This document shows, piece after piece, positions 38,334-48,236 of a stretch of 64,000 nucleotides of DNA; positions within the stretch are counted from its first letter, which is position 1, and each line of letters opens with the position of its first letter. The stretch comes from a virus. A program made the translations under genes and the position numbers. The stretch is from positions 32,001-96,000 of the IMG/VR virus record IMGVR_UViG_3300014720_000019; one strand, given 5' to 3'. Below the pieces are notes generated by a model. It saw nothing but the letters and a program-made list of their open reading frames with translations. It searched no databases and had not been told where the DNA came from.

Positions 38334-38850
38334 CTTTAATAGACTAGCAAAAGGTAGAAGTATATTTCTAAAAGGCATAGCCAACTATTTAAAGCAGTCA
38401 TGTTTTATAACAATTGGTAGATATTCAGAGTGGACAGATGAGACACAACCACCACTAGTAACAGAACAAACAGCCACTGATGAAGTAATTATATACAAAA
38501 GACCTAGACTAATAATGCTAGCAACTAAGACTAATTGTGGTGGTATATCATGTGGTAATAAGCTTATTAATGATGATAGATATTATTTAATAGATCCTAC
38601 TAATCCTTCTATTGTTGATTCTAAGGCCACTCATATATACATAGAAGGAGATATTAGATATAAGGATTATCTTTGTGCATACTTTAGAACAACATCAATT
38701 GTAGTAGGCGCACAGGCTCCTAACAGTACAGCATTGTTCAAACCAGAACAGATGACTAATAAGGGCCAAGTATATATATCTACAAACCACACAAGAATAA
38801 CAAGAGAATTAAATCAAAGACATCTTGTACAACAACTAATAGCATTATAA
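38320..38850 (+). CDS. Baseplate wedge protein (gp8-like)
   Basis: ITIGRYSEWTDETQPP and ITRELNQR...QLIAL, upstream of the DUF4815-like genes. Confidence 0.55.
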   Translation: MQVFNFNRLAKGRSIFLKGIANYLKQSCFITIGRYSEWTDETQPPLVTEQTATDEVIIYKRPRLIMLATKTNCGGISCGNKLINDDRYYLIDPTNPSIVDSKATHIYIEGDIRYKDYLCAYFRTTSIVVGAQAPNSTALFKPEQMTNKGQVYISTNHTRITRELNQRHLVQQLIAL

Positions 38851-38867
38851 TAATTTATAAAAAAAAC

Positions 38868-41800
38868 ATGGCACCAATAAATACATATAGAAATGATTTT
38901 CCCTCCACTATAAAGGATGAGTGGATTAAAGTCTTATTTAACAATAACAGACCATTACAATCTAGAGAGTTATTAGAGTTACAAGACTTAGTACATACTA
39001 ATAGTAAGAAGATATTTGACACTATTTATAAGAATGGCACTCCTATATCAGGATTAGATATAACCTTACAACAAACATCTGTATCAGGAGTTAGAACATT
39101 TAAGTGTACAGAGGGAGTTATATACATTGAAGGTCAGTTTATAACAATCCCCTCCTCAACATTTACAGTTGCTAATACAACAGCAGTTGTTGGTGTTCTA
39201 ATAACAGAGACAATAGTAACAGAGACAAATGATCCATCACTTAATGATCCAGAGAAAGGTGGGGAGTTATGGGGCGCTGCTGGTGCTTATAGATTAAGAT
39301 GGACAGCATCAATAGCAGTAGATGCTTCTTCTATGTATCCTATTGCTAACATTAATAACAATAAAGTAATTAGAATATTACCCACTGATCCAACTAAACA
39401 GCTATTAGCTAATTACATATATGATGCTGAAGGTAACTTTATTATTAGAGGATTTAACACTAGTAGTATTGCCACATCAACATCCACATCTAACTCTAAC
39501 AATCTAAACAACTTATTACTACAACAAGATGGACTAACTAGTAATATTAATACTATACAAGGTCAGATACAAGCTCTAATTGATTCTAACAATAGACTGA
39601 ATACCTCCCTATCTCAGTATAAGCAGCAAATAATAGTACAATATACAACTCAGTTAGCAGACTTAATAGTACAAACTGAAGCTCTTATAACGTCTAACAA
39701 CAATAGTATTAATACTTTAAAAGATAAGCTAAACGTATTAAATACTAATAATAGTCTATTACAACAAGACATTGATGTTGAGAAGAAAACACAAATAAAC
39801 ATAGAGACAGTATCTATATCACCTGGCATTGGCTATGTTGAGGGTAATAGGATTGTTAAGACAGATAATACACTATTAACAATACAAAAGAACCTACCAG
39901 TATCACAGATATATAATGCTGTATTTACATATAATGGCACCTCAGCTTTTACCTCATATCAGTTTAGTATCTTACAATTATCAACACTAATATCTAATAG
40001 AAGTTTGATAAGAATACAACTAGCAAACATTGTATTTAATGACGTTGAACATACAATACAAGCTGACATATCACTACCAAATACAATCACTTCAATTGCT
40101 GATATAGTTCTATTTATAGTTAATGAGTTTAACCAGTCAATCACAGCTACAACATTTACCTCTGCAACCTTATCACTAAATAATAATGATTTACTATCTG
40201 TTATTAAACAGAACTATGAGGTAATACTTACTAATAGTAGTACTATCACATTTAGATTTATAACACTTAGAAATTCAGCAACAGTGCCTAATATCAATAT
40301 CTCTCTATTAAAAAGAGATAGCAATAATACTATTACTGGTGTTGGTGCTGGTATTACTATTACAAAGACACTAACAAGTAATGCATCTTCTACACTTAAT
40401 GCTTATAAGTTAGGCTTTACTCCTGTATCAGCTATTAATAGATTAAGTGCCACACTAATAGCTACTAGTAAACCCATCATTAGAGGAGCTGTTCCTGGTA
40501 CGTCTGACAACCTAGGACAAGCAACAGTATCTAGAATAATATCAGTTGGTAAAGACTTTACATCTTATATAGAAGGCGTTGATTACAGACTTATTAATCA
40601 AAGTCAAATTGATTGGTCACTACCATCAACCAATGAACCAGCCCCAGGCACAACATACTTTGTAACATACTTATACTCATCAATACTTACTAACAATGTT
40701 GATTATGTGTTAAGTAATGACAGTGTTAAGTTTATTAATAGAACACCAGCAATTGGTCAATCATTCTCTGTTGATTATAGTTATTATCAATCTAAGTCTG
40801 GTGTAATAACATTAGATAGGGATGGCAATATTGATTATATATTATCAGAAGCTGGTATTAATCCACCATTACCCTCAGTGCCTTCCTACTTACTACCAAT
40901 TACAACATTTAAACTATCAATAAATCAATCAACCTTTCAGTCAATTGGTCTTAATAAGTTTACTAATAAAGACTTATATGAGTTATCTACTAGACTGACA
41001 CAAGCTGTATTTGCCTTAGAAGATAAGCCAGAACTAATATCTGATAACTTTCTAACTTATAGTTCTCAAGACTTAGATAATAGTGGTTATACTGCTGCTA
41101 TATGTCCTAACAAACAAGCAATAACTAATGGATATACATACAAAGAAGCATCAATAAACACACCAGAAGCTTCTAGATATATTAATGAGAACTATGTATC
41201 ATTACCAACATCAGTTACCCCTGTAACATATATAAAACAGGATAGAATAACAGAGTATAAAGATCTAATAAAGACTTCTTATAGACCTATATTAAGACTT
41301 AGTTCTTACTCGCTCTTCTTTAATAATAATAAAGCAAAAGCCACCCCTTGTAACTCATTTAATAGTAGTAATAGTAAAACTAATAATAGAATTGATATTA
41401 ATAATCAATCATTATTTGGTCTTCTATCAAACAGCTTAGAAGAGGCCCTTACAACTAATAATGCATTTAACTCTAACTCATATGATCAAGAATCAGAGAA
41501 CTACATATCTAGTAACGTATCATTATTACCATCATTATCAATTGATTTATATTTAACAGATTTAGACCCTGCTTCTACTAATTACAAAATCTACATTGAT
41601 AATAAGTTAGTACAAACAACATTAGTATTATTAAATGGCACCTTAGCTGGCACCTTATTAAACACCTTTAAACCTAACTCTAGTGGCAAGGCTACAGTCA
41701 GAGTTGTAATACCTAATGACATAACAACTGGTACACATACAATAGAAGCTAGAAACACCGTATACTCTATTAGAAGTAAGTTCTCAGTGTTTAATAACCT

Positions 41801-42899
41801 ATTAAATCACATAGTATTTGATGCTACTAATAAGCAAGTAACTAGTGGTTTAATACCTCCATACCTATCAGAAGACAGAGTAATATACACATTAGAACAA
41901 ACGTTCATAGCAGATGATTATTATTGGTTAAATGGCATAGTATTATACACCTCACAAACACCATCAATAGCTGCTGAATTGACCATTCTATTATTAGATG
42001 AAGATAGAAATGTAATATCATATGGAGAAGCTACAATCTTTCTTAATAACAAAGTTAGATTAAACTTTCTAGTACCATGTTTAATAGAGAGAGATAAGTC
42101 TTATATACTGTGTATTAAATCACCACAACAAGGCTTTAAGTTTGCCATTGCTAAGATTAATGAGCCAGACATAACAACTGGTAAATACTTTGGTAATCAA
42201 TTATTTAGTAATGGTTGTTTATACTACTCACAAGATGGTATTAATAGTCTAGAATTAACAGACTATGATCTAACATATGAGTTAATTAGAGATGTGTTTA
42301 CAGCTAATACAAAACAAGTAAATCTAGGTACATACACTGTAAACTCTATTACAGCATTTACTATTAACACAAGAGATGTAGTACCACCTCTAACATCAAT
42401 CATATATGAGTATGCAACAGAGAATGGCATATGGAATAAGTTTATACCTAACAGAGTAACTCAATTAGATGCTAAGTCTAATCAGATATCATTTAGAGCC
42501 ACACTATTTACTAATAGATTAGACATATCACCATTACTACTAATAAAGGGCTCCTCTATTAGTTTTTATTCTACTAATTCTAGCAGTACTATAGTATCTA
42601 ACTACACATCCTTTGGTAATAACTATTCAACAGTAACTATTAAGGTTGGATATATTAGAGATAGCTCTTCATCACTAATTGTGTATCACAGTCAACAACA
42701 AACTAATGAGACATGGAAGATTGCAACACTAACAACAACGTCTCTAATTGATGAGAATATAAACTTATATGAGGCTATATATAGAGTTACTTATAACACA
42801 GCATCAACTGGCTCTAAGTATAGAATAGATCTAATATCAACTGACACTGCAAACCCATTAACAATTAAATACATCTATGTCAATCCTCAATTTATCTAA
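38868..42899 (+). CDS. DUF4815-like large baseplate/tail protein
   Basis: KVLFNNNRPLQSRELLELQD, GVIYIEG, DPSLNDP...GAYRLR, ISPGIGYVEG, IDWSL...EPAPGTTYFVTY and QTF. Confidence 0.75.
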   Translation: MAPINTYRNDFPSTIKDEWIKVLFNNNRPLQSRELLELQDLVHTNSKKIFDTIYKNGTPISGLDITLQQTSVSGVRTFKCTEGVIYIEGQFITIPSSTFTVANTTAVVGVLITETIVTETNDPSLNDPEKGGELWGAAGAYRLRWTASIAVDASSMYPIANINNNKVIRILPTDPTKQLLANYIYDAEGNFIIRGFNTSSIATSTSTSNSNNLNNLLLQQDGLTSNINTIQGQIQALIDSNNRLNTSLSQYKQQIIVQYTTQLADLIVQTEALITSNNNSINTLKDKLNVLNTNNSLLQQDIDVEKKTQINIETVSISPGIGYVEGNRIVKTDNTLLTIQKNLPVSQIYNAVFTYNGTSAFTSYQFSILQLSTLISNRSLIRIQLANIVFNDVEHTIQADISLPNTITSIADIVLFIVNEFNQSITATTFTSATLSLNNNDLLSVIKQNYEVILTNSSTITFRFITLRNSATVPNINISLLKRDSNNTITGVGAGITITKTLTSNASSTLNAYKLGFTPVSAINRLSATLIATSKPIIRGAVPGTSDNLGQATVSRIISVGKDFTSYIEGVDYRLINQSQIDWSLPSTNEPAPGTTYFVTYLYSSILTNNVDYVLSNDSVKFINRTPAIGQSFSVDYSYYQSKSGVITLDRDGNIDYILSEAGINPPLPSVPSYLLPITTFKLSINQSTFQSIGLNKFTNKDLYELSTRLTQAVFALEDKPELISDNFLTYSSQDLDNSGYTAAICPNKQAITNGYTYKEASINTPEASRYINENYVSLPTSVTPVTYIKQDRITEYKDLIKTSYRPILRLSSYSLFFNNNKAKATPCNSFNSSNSKTNNRIDINNQSLFGLLSNSLEEALTTNNAFNSNSYDQESENYISSNVSLLPSLSIDLYLTDLDPASTNYKIYIDNKLVQTTLVLLNGTLAGTLLNTFKPNSSGKATVRVVIPNDITTGTHTIEARNTVYSIRSKFSVFNNLLNHIVFDATNKQVTSGLIPPYLSEDRVIYTLEQTFIADDYYWLNGIVLYTSQTPSIAAELTILLLDEDRNVISYGEATIFLNNKVRLNFLVPCLIERDKSYILCIKSPQQGFKFAIAKINEPDITTGKYFGNQLFSNGCLYYSQDGINSLELTDYDLTYELIRDVFTANTKQVNLGTYTVNSITAFTINTRDVVPPLTSIIYEYATENGIWNKFIPNRVTQLDAKSNQISFRATLFTNRLDISPLLLIKGSSISFYSTNSSSTIVSNYTSFGNNYSTVTIKVGYIRDSSSSLIVYHSQQQTNETWKIATLTTTSLIDENINLYEAIYRVTYNTASTGSKYRIDLISTDTANPLTIKYIYVNPQFI

Positions 42900-45234
42900 T
42901 TATAAAAGTAGTAGGTATAATCCCTACTACTTAAAGTTATTACCAGTAGCATCCAGAGAAAGACCACCACAAGCATTAGAGTTTGAAGATATACAAGATA
43001 TTGCTATTAATAATATAAGTACTTATACAAAGAATAACTTTAACACTTATCAAGTGTTATCAGGACTAAAAGTATTACTAATATCTAACAACTCTATAAC
43101 TCTAAGTCCAGCTAGAATCCTATTAAATAATTATCCAGTCATAATAGAGACAGATCAAACAACAATTGATTCAACATCTTCTACATTTACTATATACTTA
43201 GCTATTAACATAACAAGACAAGACAATAAATACACCTATAACTATTCTTTCAATACTAATGATGGTTATCCACTTATCCAATGTAATAACGCCTCTTATA
43301 AATACCTTGTTAGAGATAAGAGTAAAGATTATATAAGACAACAGTTATTTGAGATATATGGCAACTTCATTGAAAAGGGCCTTACATATAAAGACGGGTG
43401 TATAACACCTGGTATTGCTTATATAAAGGGTAATAAGATAGTAGTTTCATATCACACTCCAATAACAACAAATCTATTAGAATATAAACTAATACTAAAT
43501 GAGTTAGGACAAGTACAGCCTGTATCATCTAACATTAGATTAGATCTTAACAATGTGATTGATCTTGGTACATACTCTAATAATAAGTGGTCCCCTAACA
43601 ACTACAACAAGCTAATAACTAATAAGGATATACAAGTACTACAACAAGGCTTATCTAATATAAGAGATTATCTATTAGAGACGGCCTTATTAAAGCCAAT
43701 AGATACAACGTCTAATCTAATAACTGATACTTTTAATAATACTAACAATGCTGATACTACTAACCCCTTATTTGATTGTGACATAGAACAAGGTAATCTA
43801 ATACTTAATAAGTTTAGTAGGATTACAAAGGATATAACAATAAATAATAGAGGTACTAACACTAAGATTACTAATACTAACTCATATGTTATTGTTCAAG
43901 ACTACACAGAAACACCTCTTATATCACAACTAACATCAGACTCATTTATAACAACTAACACATCTTCTAGAGGTGTATTAAAGTTGGGGCCTTCTAAGTT
44001 AGACACATCAATATATAAGAGAACATCTGATAAGACTATATTACTAACACAAACAGTAATATCAGCAGAAGCATATGGATTAACACCTAACTCATCAGAC
44101 TTTAGATTAACAGTTGGTTCCAAACTAATATCAACTATTATTAGAACAGATGCTAATGGAAAGGCTTTATTTAACTTCTCATTACCACAAGGATGTACTG
44201 CTAATGACATAATTACTGTGCAGAATAACACATCATCTGCTACATCATCATTGTTAGATAATACATACTCAGTTGATAATACTTATATTGGTCAAACGTT
44301 TACTATTGATAATGACAATACAACTATTGTTGGAGGCTCTTTATATATTAGAAGAGTAGCAGCAGCTAACCCAACTATTAAAGTACTTATTACTAGATAT
44401 AACAATCAAGTACAAGAGGTAATAGGTCAGACGATAATAGAGACTATAAACATTAAAACATCTGTTAATGGCACCCTATCAACCCCCTACACATTTGATC
44501 TACCAATAACCCTATCAAAGGGGCAATATGCACTTGTAATAACATCATTAAACGGGCCAATAGATCTATTCATATCTAATAACAGTTCACTTGTTAATTC
44601 AAACTTAATAGCAGTAACAAATAACACAGCAACCCCTTATCTAAATAAAGACTTAAAGTTTGAGTTGTATAAACCAATATACACATCAACATCAGTACCA
44701 ACAACAATAACAGTTAGAGATAACATTGATAAGTTTGACCACATATATTATCCAGGTAAGTTTAGAATTAATAGCATTGAATATACAAATGAAGCACCTA
44801 TCAACCCCACCAACTCAATTGACATTGTATTAGACATTAATAAGTACTCTCTTGTATCACCAATACTAATTAGTACTAATAAGACAACATCTACATACAT
44901 ATCAAGAACCATTAGAACTAACTTTAGTTATAAGAGTGTTTACTTAGAAATGGATGCAATAATACCAGACTCAACAGAAGTAATAGTATACATATCATCC
45001 AATCAAGGATATACATGGGACCGACTATCTAACCCCACATCATACCTAGTTGATGGCAATGATCAAACATTTAGATACATATATAACAACAATCTATCAT
45101 CTCTTGTATCAATAATTAATCAGGTAGGAGGTACAACACAAGCAACTAGAAACTATCTAACAATTAGAATTGATTTAGCTACACAATCAGACAATAAACC
45201 TATAGTAAAAGGCTACAAAGCATATACATCATAA
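42877..45234 (+). CDS. Second DUF4815-like paralog
   Basis: RPPQALEFEDIQD, EIYGNFI, ITPGIAYIKG, ITDTF, IGQTF and DLKFELY. Confidence 0.65.
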   Translation: MSILNLSNYKSSRYNPYYLKLLPVASRERPPQALEFEDIQDIAINNISTYTKNNFNTYQVLSGLKVLLISNNSITLSPARILLNNYPVIIETDQTTIDSTSSTFTIYLAINITRQDNKYTYNYSFNTNDGYPLIQCNNASYKYLVRDKSKDYIRQQLFEIYGNFIEKGLTYKDGCITPGIAYIKGNKIVVSYHTPITTNLLEYKLILNELGQVQPVSSNIRLDLNNVIDLGTYSNNKWSPNNYNKLITNKDIQVLQQGLSNIRDYLLETALLKPIDTTSNLITDTFNNTNNADTTNPLFDCDIEQGNLILNKFSRITKDITINNRGTNTKITNTNSYVIVQDYTETPLISQLTSDSFITTNTSSRGVLKLGPSKLDTSIYKRTSDKTILLTQTVISAEAYGLTPNSSDFRLTVGSKLISTIIRTDANGKALFNFSLPQGCTANDIITVQNNTSSATSSLLDNTYSVDNTYIGQTFTIDNDNTTIVGGSLYIRRVAAANPTIKVLITRYNNQVQEVIGQTIIETINIKTSVNGTLSTPYTFDLPITLSKGQYALVITSLNGPIDLFISNNSSLVNSNLIAVTNNTATPYLNKDLKFELYKPIYTSTSVPTTITVRDNIDKFDHIYYPGKFRINSIEYTNEAPINPTNSIDIVLDINKYSLVSPILISTNKTTSTYISRTIRTNFSYKSVYLEMDAIIPDSTEVIVYISSNQGYTWDRLSNPTSYLVDGNDQTFRYIYNNNLSSLVSIINQVGGTTQATRNYLTIRIDLATQSDNKPIVKGYKAYTS

Positions 45235-46619
45235 TGACAAACGCACCTATAAGAGTAGGTGGCCAGCCATTACCAGACAGTGTAATACAAGGCACCACAA
45301 GATCACCAATAGTACCTTTAAATAGAGATTCAAACTCATTAATACAACAAACTGTTGCTATTAAACAATCAATATACAGGGTTAAGTTAACATCTAATGG
45401 TAAGACATTCAACATGTTATTACCGCCATCAATTGAAACTAAGCACCCTGGTAAGTCTAATCCATTACAAATGCCAGGACTACAAATAGAAGCATCAGCA
45501 GCTATATCTAAATTAAAAATACCAGGCTTCTTTCCCATCTATCAACACCTTGGAGTAGAAACATTAACAGTATCAATGTCAGGCATGTTTACAGGATATG
45601 ATGGCACTGATACTCTTGCTAATGCTAGTGAGTGGGAAGGATGGAAGGATCTAACAATTAAAGAGGGTCAAGACTCCTATGCTGCTGCTAATGAGTTATA
45701 TGAATTTGCAGTTAGAAATAAATCCCTTATTGAAGTAATAATATACACATCTGATGGCTCATTTACACCTAGAGAAAAGTCAACAGCCACCACATTTAGA
45801 GATAGCCAATCTAACATTAGATTTAAGGGTTATATAAAAGACTTCAAACAGATATATGTAAGACAAGATAGAAACTATTACATGTTGAAGTTTGAGATTA
45901 TAGATTTAACACAAGCAACTTGTAAGTCCATATCTAATAAAACAGATAATAATACTAATAAAACAAGTCCTATTACATTTGGTAAAAAGATTGATCAATT
46001 AACCAACCAAGAAATAATTGATATTCAAAAAGTACTAAATAAAAAAGGTTTATACAGAGGGCCTATTAATGGTCAAAATACAGCCGCCTTTCAATCAGTT
46101 ATTGATTTTGTAAGAAGACAGTTTAATGTTGATGTTGATAATAATGGAATATACACAGGCACCTCTCAATCAGATAAAAATAGCCCAAATAAAAATAGTA
46201 CAGACCTAGCAAGATTATTAGATGTTATTATTGATAATCCTGGATTATCTACTAACACTAATATATCCTCAAATACCACTACTAATACTAGCAATAATTC
46301 TAATAATACAGAATTAACTCCCTCTAATAATCCAACACCAATTCAACAACAGGCTCAAATAAATAGATCTCAATATAGTAAAGACTTTAGTAATAAATTT
46401 CTAACATCAATAAATAATAGACAAACTGTATCTGCAACAGATATAAACAAATATTTTAATTATCCTCCATTTAAAAATCAAGACATATATGTAACATATC
46501 TTGGTAGTAATAAAACGAACAAATCTATATTAGAAATAAAATCAACTACTACAGGATTAAGAATCGGTACATACATTGCTATACCTGATGGAAACAAAGT
46601 TAGATTAGATAGATACTAA
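45234..46619 (+). CDS. Putative tube-initiator/gpU-like protein with peptidoglycan-binding-like domain
   Basis: KLKIPG..PIYQHLG..TLTVSMSG...FKGYIKDF fits a tube fold; IQKVLNKKGLYRGPINGQ...VDVDNNGI is a PG_binding_1-like motif. Confidence 0.55.
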   Translation: MTNAPIRVGGQPLPDSVIQGTTRSPIVPLNRDSNSLIQQTVAIKQSIYRVKLTSNGKTFNMLLPPSIETKHPGKSNPLQMPGLQIEASAAISKLKIPGFFPIYQHLGVETLTVSMSGMFTGYDGTDTLANASEWEGWKDLTIKEGQDSYAAANELYEFAVRNKSLIEVIIYTSDGSFTPREKSTATTFRDSQSNIRFKGYIKDFKQIYVRQDRNYYMLKFEIIDLTQATCKSISNKTDNNTNKTSPITFGKKIDQLTNQEIIDIQKVLNKKGLYRGPINGQNTAAFQSVIDFVRRQFNVDVDNNGIYTGTSQSDKNSPNKNSTDLARLLDVIIDNPGLSTNTNISSNTTTNTSNNSNNTELTPSNNPTPIQQQAQINRSQYSKDFSNKFLTSINNRQTVSATDINKYFNYPPFKNQDIYVTYLGSNKTNKSILEIKSTTTGLRIGTYIAIPDGNKVRLDRY

Positions 46620-46624
46620 ACAAT

Positions 46625-47056
46625 ATGAACTATTACTATATACCATTAACAGATGACACAACTAACTATTCTAATTACATATCATCTGACTTCAAATTAT
46701 TCTATTACAACAACTCTGATTGGTTGGCTCTTAGACCACCAACTTTATACAATTTATATCCACAAGAACTACCTATTACACAAGACCCTTGTTATAGTGG
46801 ATACATATATGAAGATTATAACTTTGAAGGCACCTATTATGGCACCTCATTAACCCCTACAAACACTCTATTATTTGTATATAAACAGTTTAATACTGAC
46901 ATATTATTTCAATCAATATACCCACCAACACCCCTATTTAAAGTGCCTAGTAAATCAACTAATTTAGTATTACAGTCAGACTTTATAGAACAGTATATTG
47001 GTATTAAACTGCCTAATACAAATGACACAATAAACTTATTATTAACAACTAATTAA
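46625..47056 (+). CDS. Hypothetical protein
   Basis: 143-aa ORF within the operon. Confidence 0.6.
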   Translation: MNYYYIPLTDDTTNYSNYISSDFKLFYYNNSDWLALRPPTLYNLYPQELPITQDPCYSGYIYEDYNFEGTYYGTSLTPTNTLLFVYKQFNTDILFQSIYPPTPLFKVPSKSTNLVLQSDFIEQYIGIKLPNTNDTINLLLTTN

Positions 47057-47063
47057 ATAACAA

Positions 47064-47528
47064 ATGAGATTCACATTACAATCAAGAAAGAATATATTAC
47101 AACAAGTAATTACAACGCCAGTAGCAATACTTATTAATGCTCCTATATATGGTGGCACATCACCCAACCTATCACAGTTACAAGCACTTGATAATATAAC
47201 AATGCAAGACGTTGTTAAATATGAATTAACGGGCACTTATAAGAGGTTTATATTTCCTCAACTAACAATACAAGAAGAGTTAATAGGACAACAAATATAT
47301 GCCAAAGTGGAAGCACCAGTATCTTTTACAACGGCTATTACTAATGCCACACATATATGTTATGTGTACAATGCTTTAGTAGCAGGTGCCACTGATTTAA
47401 ACTTTAATAATAGGGGCAATGATCAAGGCATTCCATTACTAGTTAAACCCATATCAGACACGCCACTTAATATTGTTCCACCAGCAACACTAGACTACAC
47501 ATTTGTAATTAGACTTGGAAGTGGCTAA
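47064..47528 (+). CDS. Hypothetical (likely virion) protein
   Basis: 154-aa beta-rich ORF. Confidence 0.6.
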   Translation: MRFTLQSRKNILQQVITTPVAILINAPIYGGTSPNLSQLQALDNITMQDVVKYELTGTYKRFIFPQLTIQEELIGQQIYAKVEAPVSFTTAITNATHICYVYNALVAGATDLNFNNRGNDQGIPLLVKPISDTPLNIVPPATLDYTFVIRLGSG

Positions 47529-48232
47529 TGGCTAGAGAGATTGTAAAAGCATATAACACAACATATGGTGAGTTAGATGATGCTCTTATAAACATAGATG
47601 TTACATGGGGGCAACTAAGAACATGGGATAAGTTTAAGTTTGCTAAGCATCCCTATAAAACTTATTATATAAACCCTTTATCAAATAACATTGATGAGGT
47701 ATTTGGTCCATATAAAGTGTTTGATATATTAGGTAATACGCTTCAAGTTGAAAGAACATCTAACTCTTTTAAAGCATCTAAAGATCTAATTAAATGTGGA
47801 CCAATTATTACCTATTTAAAGACTGATACAAGTTTATACATGTTATTTGTATCAAGAAACGCTGTGACTAACCCATTACAACAAGAAGACATAATTGTTA
47901 GTACTATTCAACAGAGCACCATATCTATACACAACACAACACAATTACCCATCTATTATGCGTTAGAAGCCACCCCAGAACCATCTATTAATCTAGTAGA
48001 AGTGGCACCTAATGTAATAGAGATAATACAACCAACATCTGCATTATATTTACAGATAATAGTTAACAATAATCTAGTAAACATTAACAGTACAAACACA
48101 AGAACAAAGACTATTAATAATAAATACTTATTAGTATGTCCATCTATCATATCTAAGATACAAGTAGCCAAGTTAACAGGTAATCCAATATCCACTATAA
48201 CTGATGAGTTAGATCTAACAATAACAATTTAA
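47528..48232 (+). CDS. Hypothetical protein
   Basis: 234-aa ORF with TAATG coupling. Confidence 0.6.
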   Translation: MAREIVKAYNTTYGELDDALINIDVTWGQLRTWDKFKFAKHPYKTYYINPLSNNIDEVFGPYKVFDILGNTLQVERTSNSFKASKDLIKCGPIITYLKTDTSLYMLFVSRNAVTNPLQQEDIIVSTIQQSTISIHNTTQLPIYYALEATPEPSINLVEVAPNVIEIIQPTSALYLQIIVNNNLVNINSTNTRTKTINNKYLLVCPSIISKIQVAKLTGNPISTITDELDLTITI

Positions 48233-48236
48233 TACT

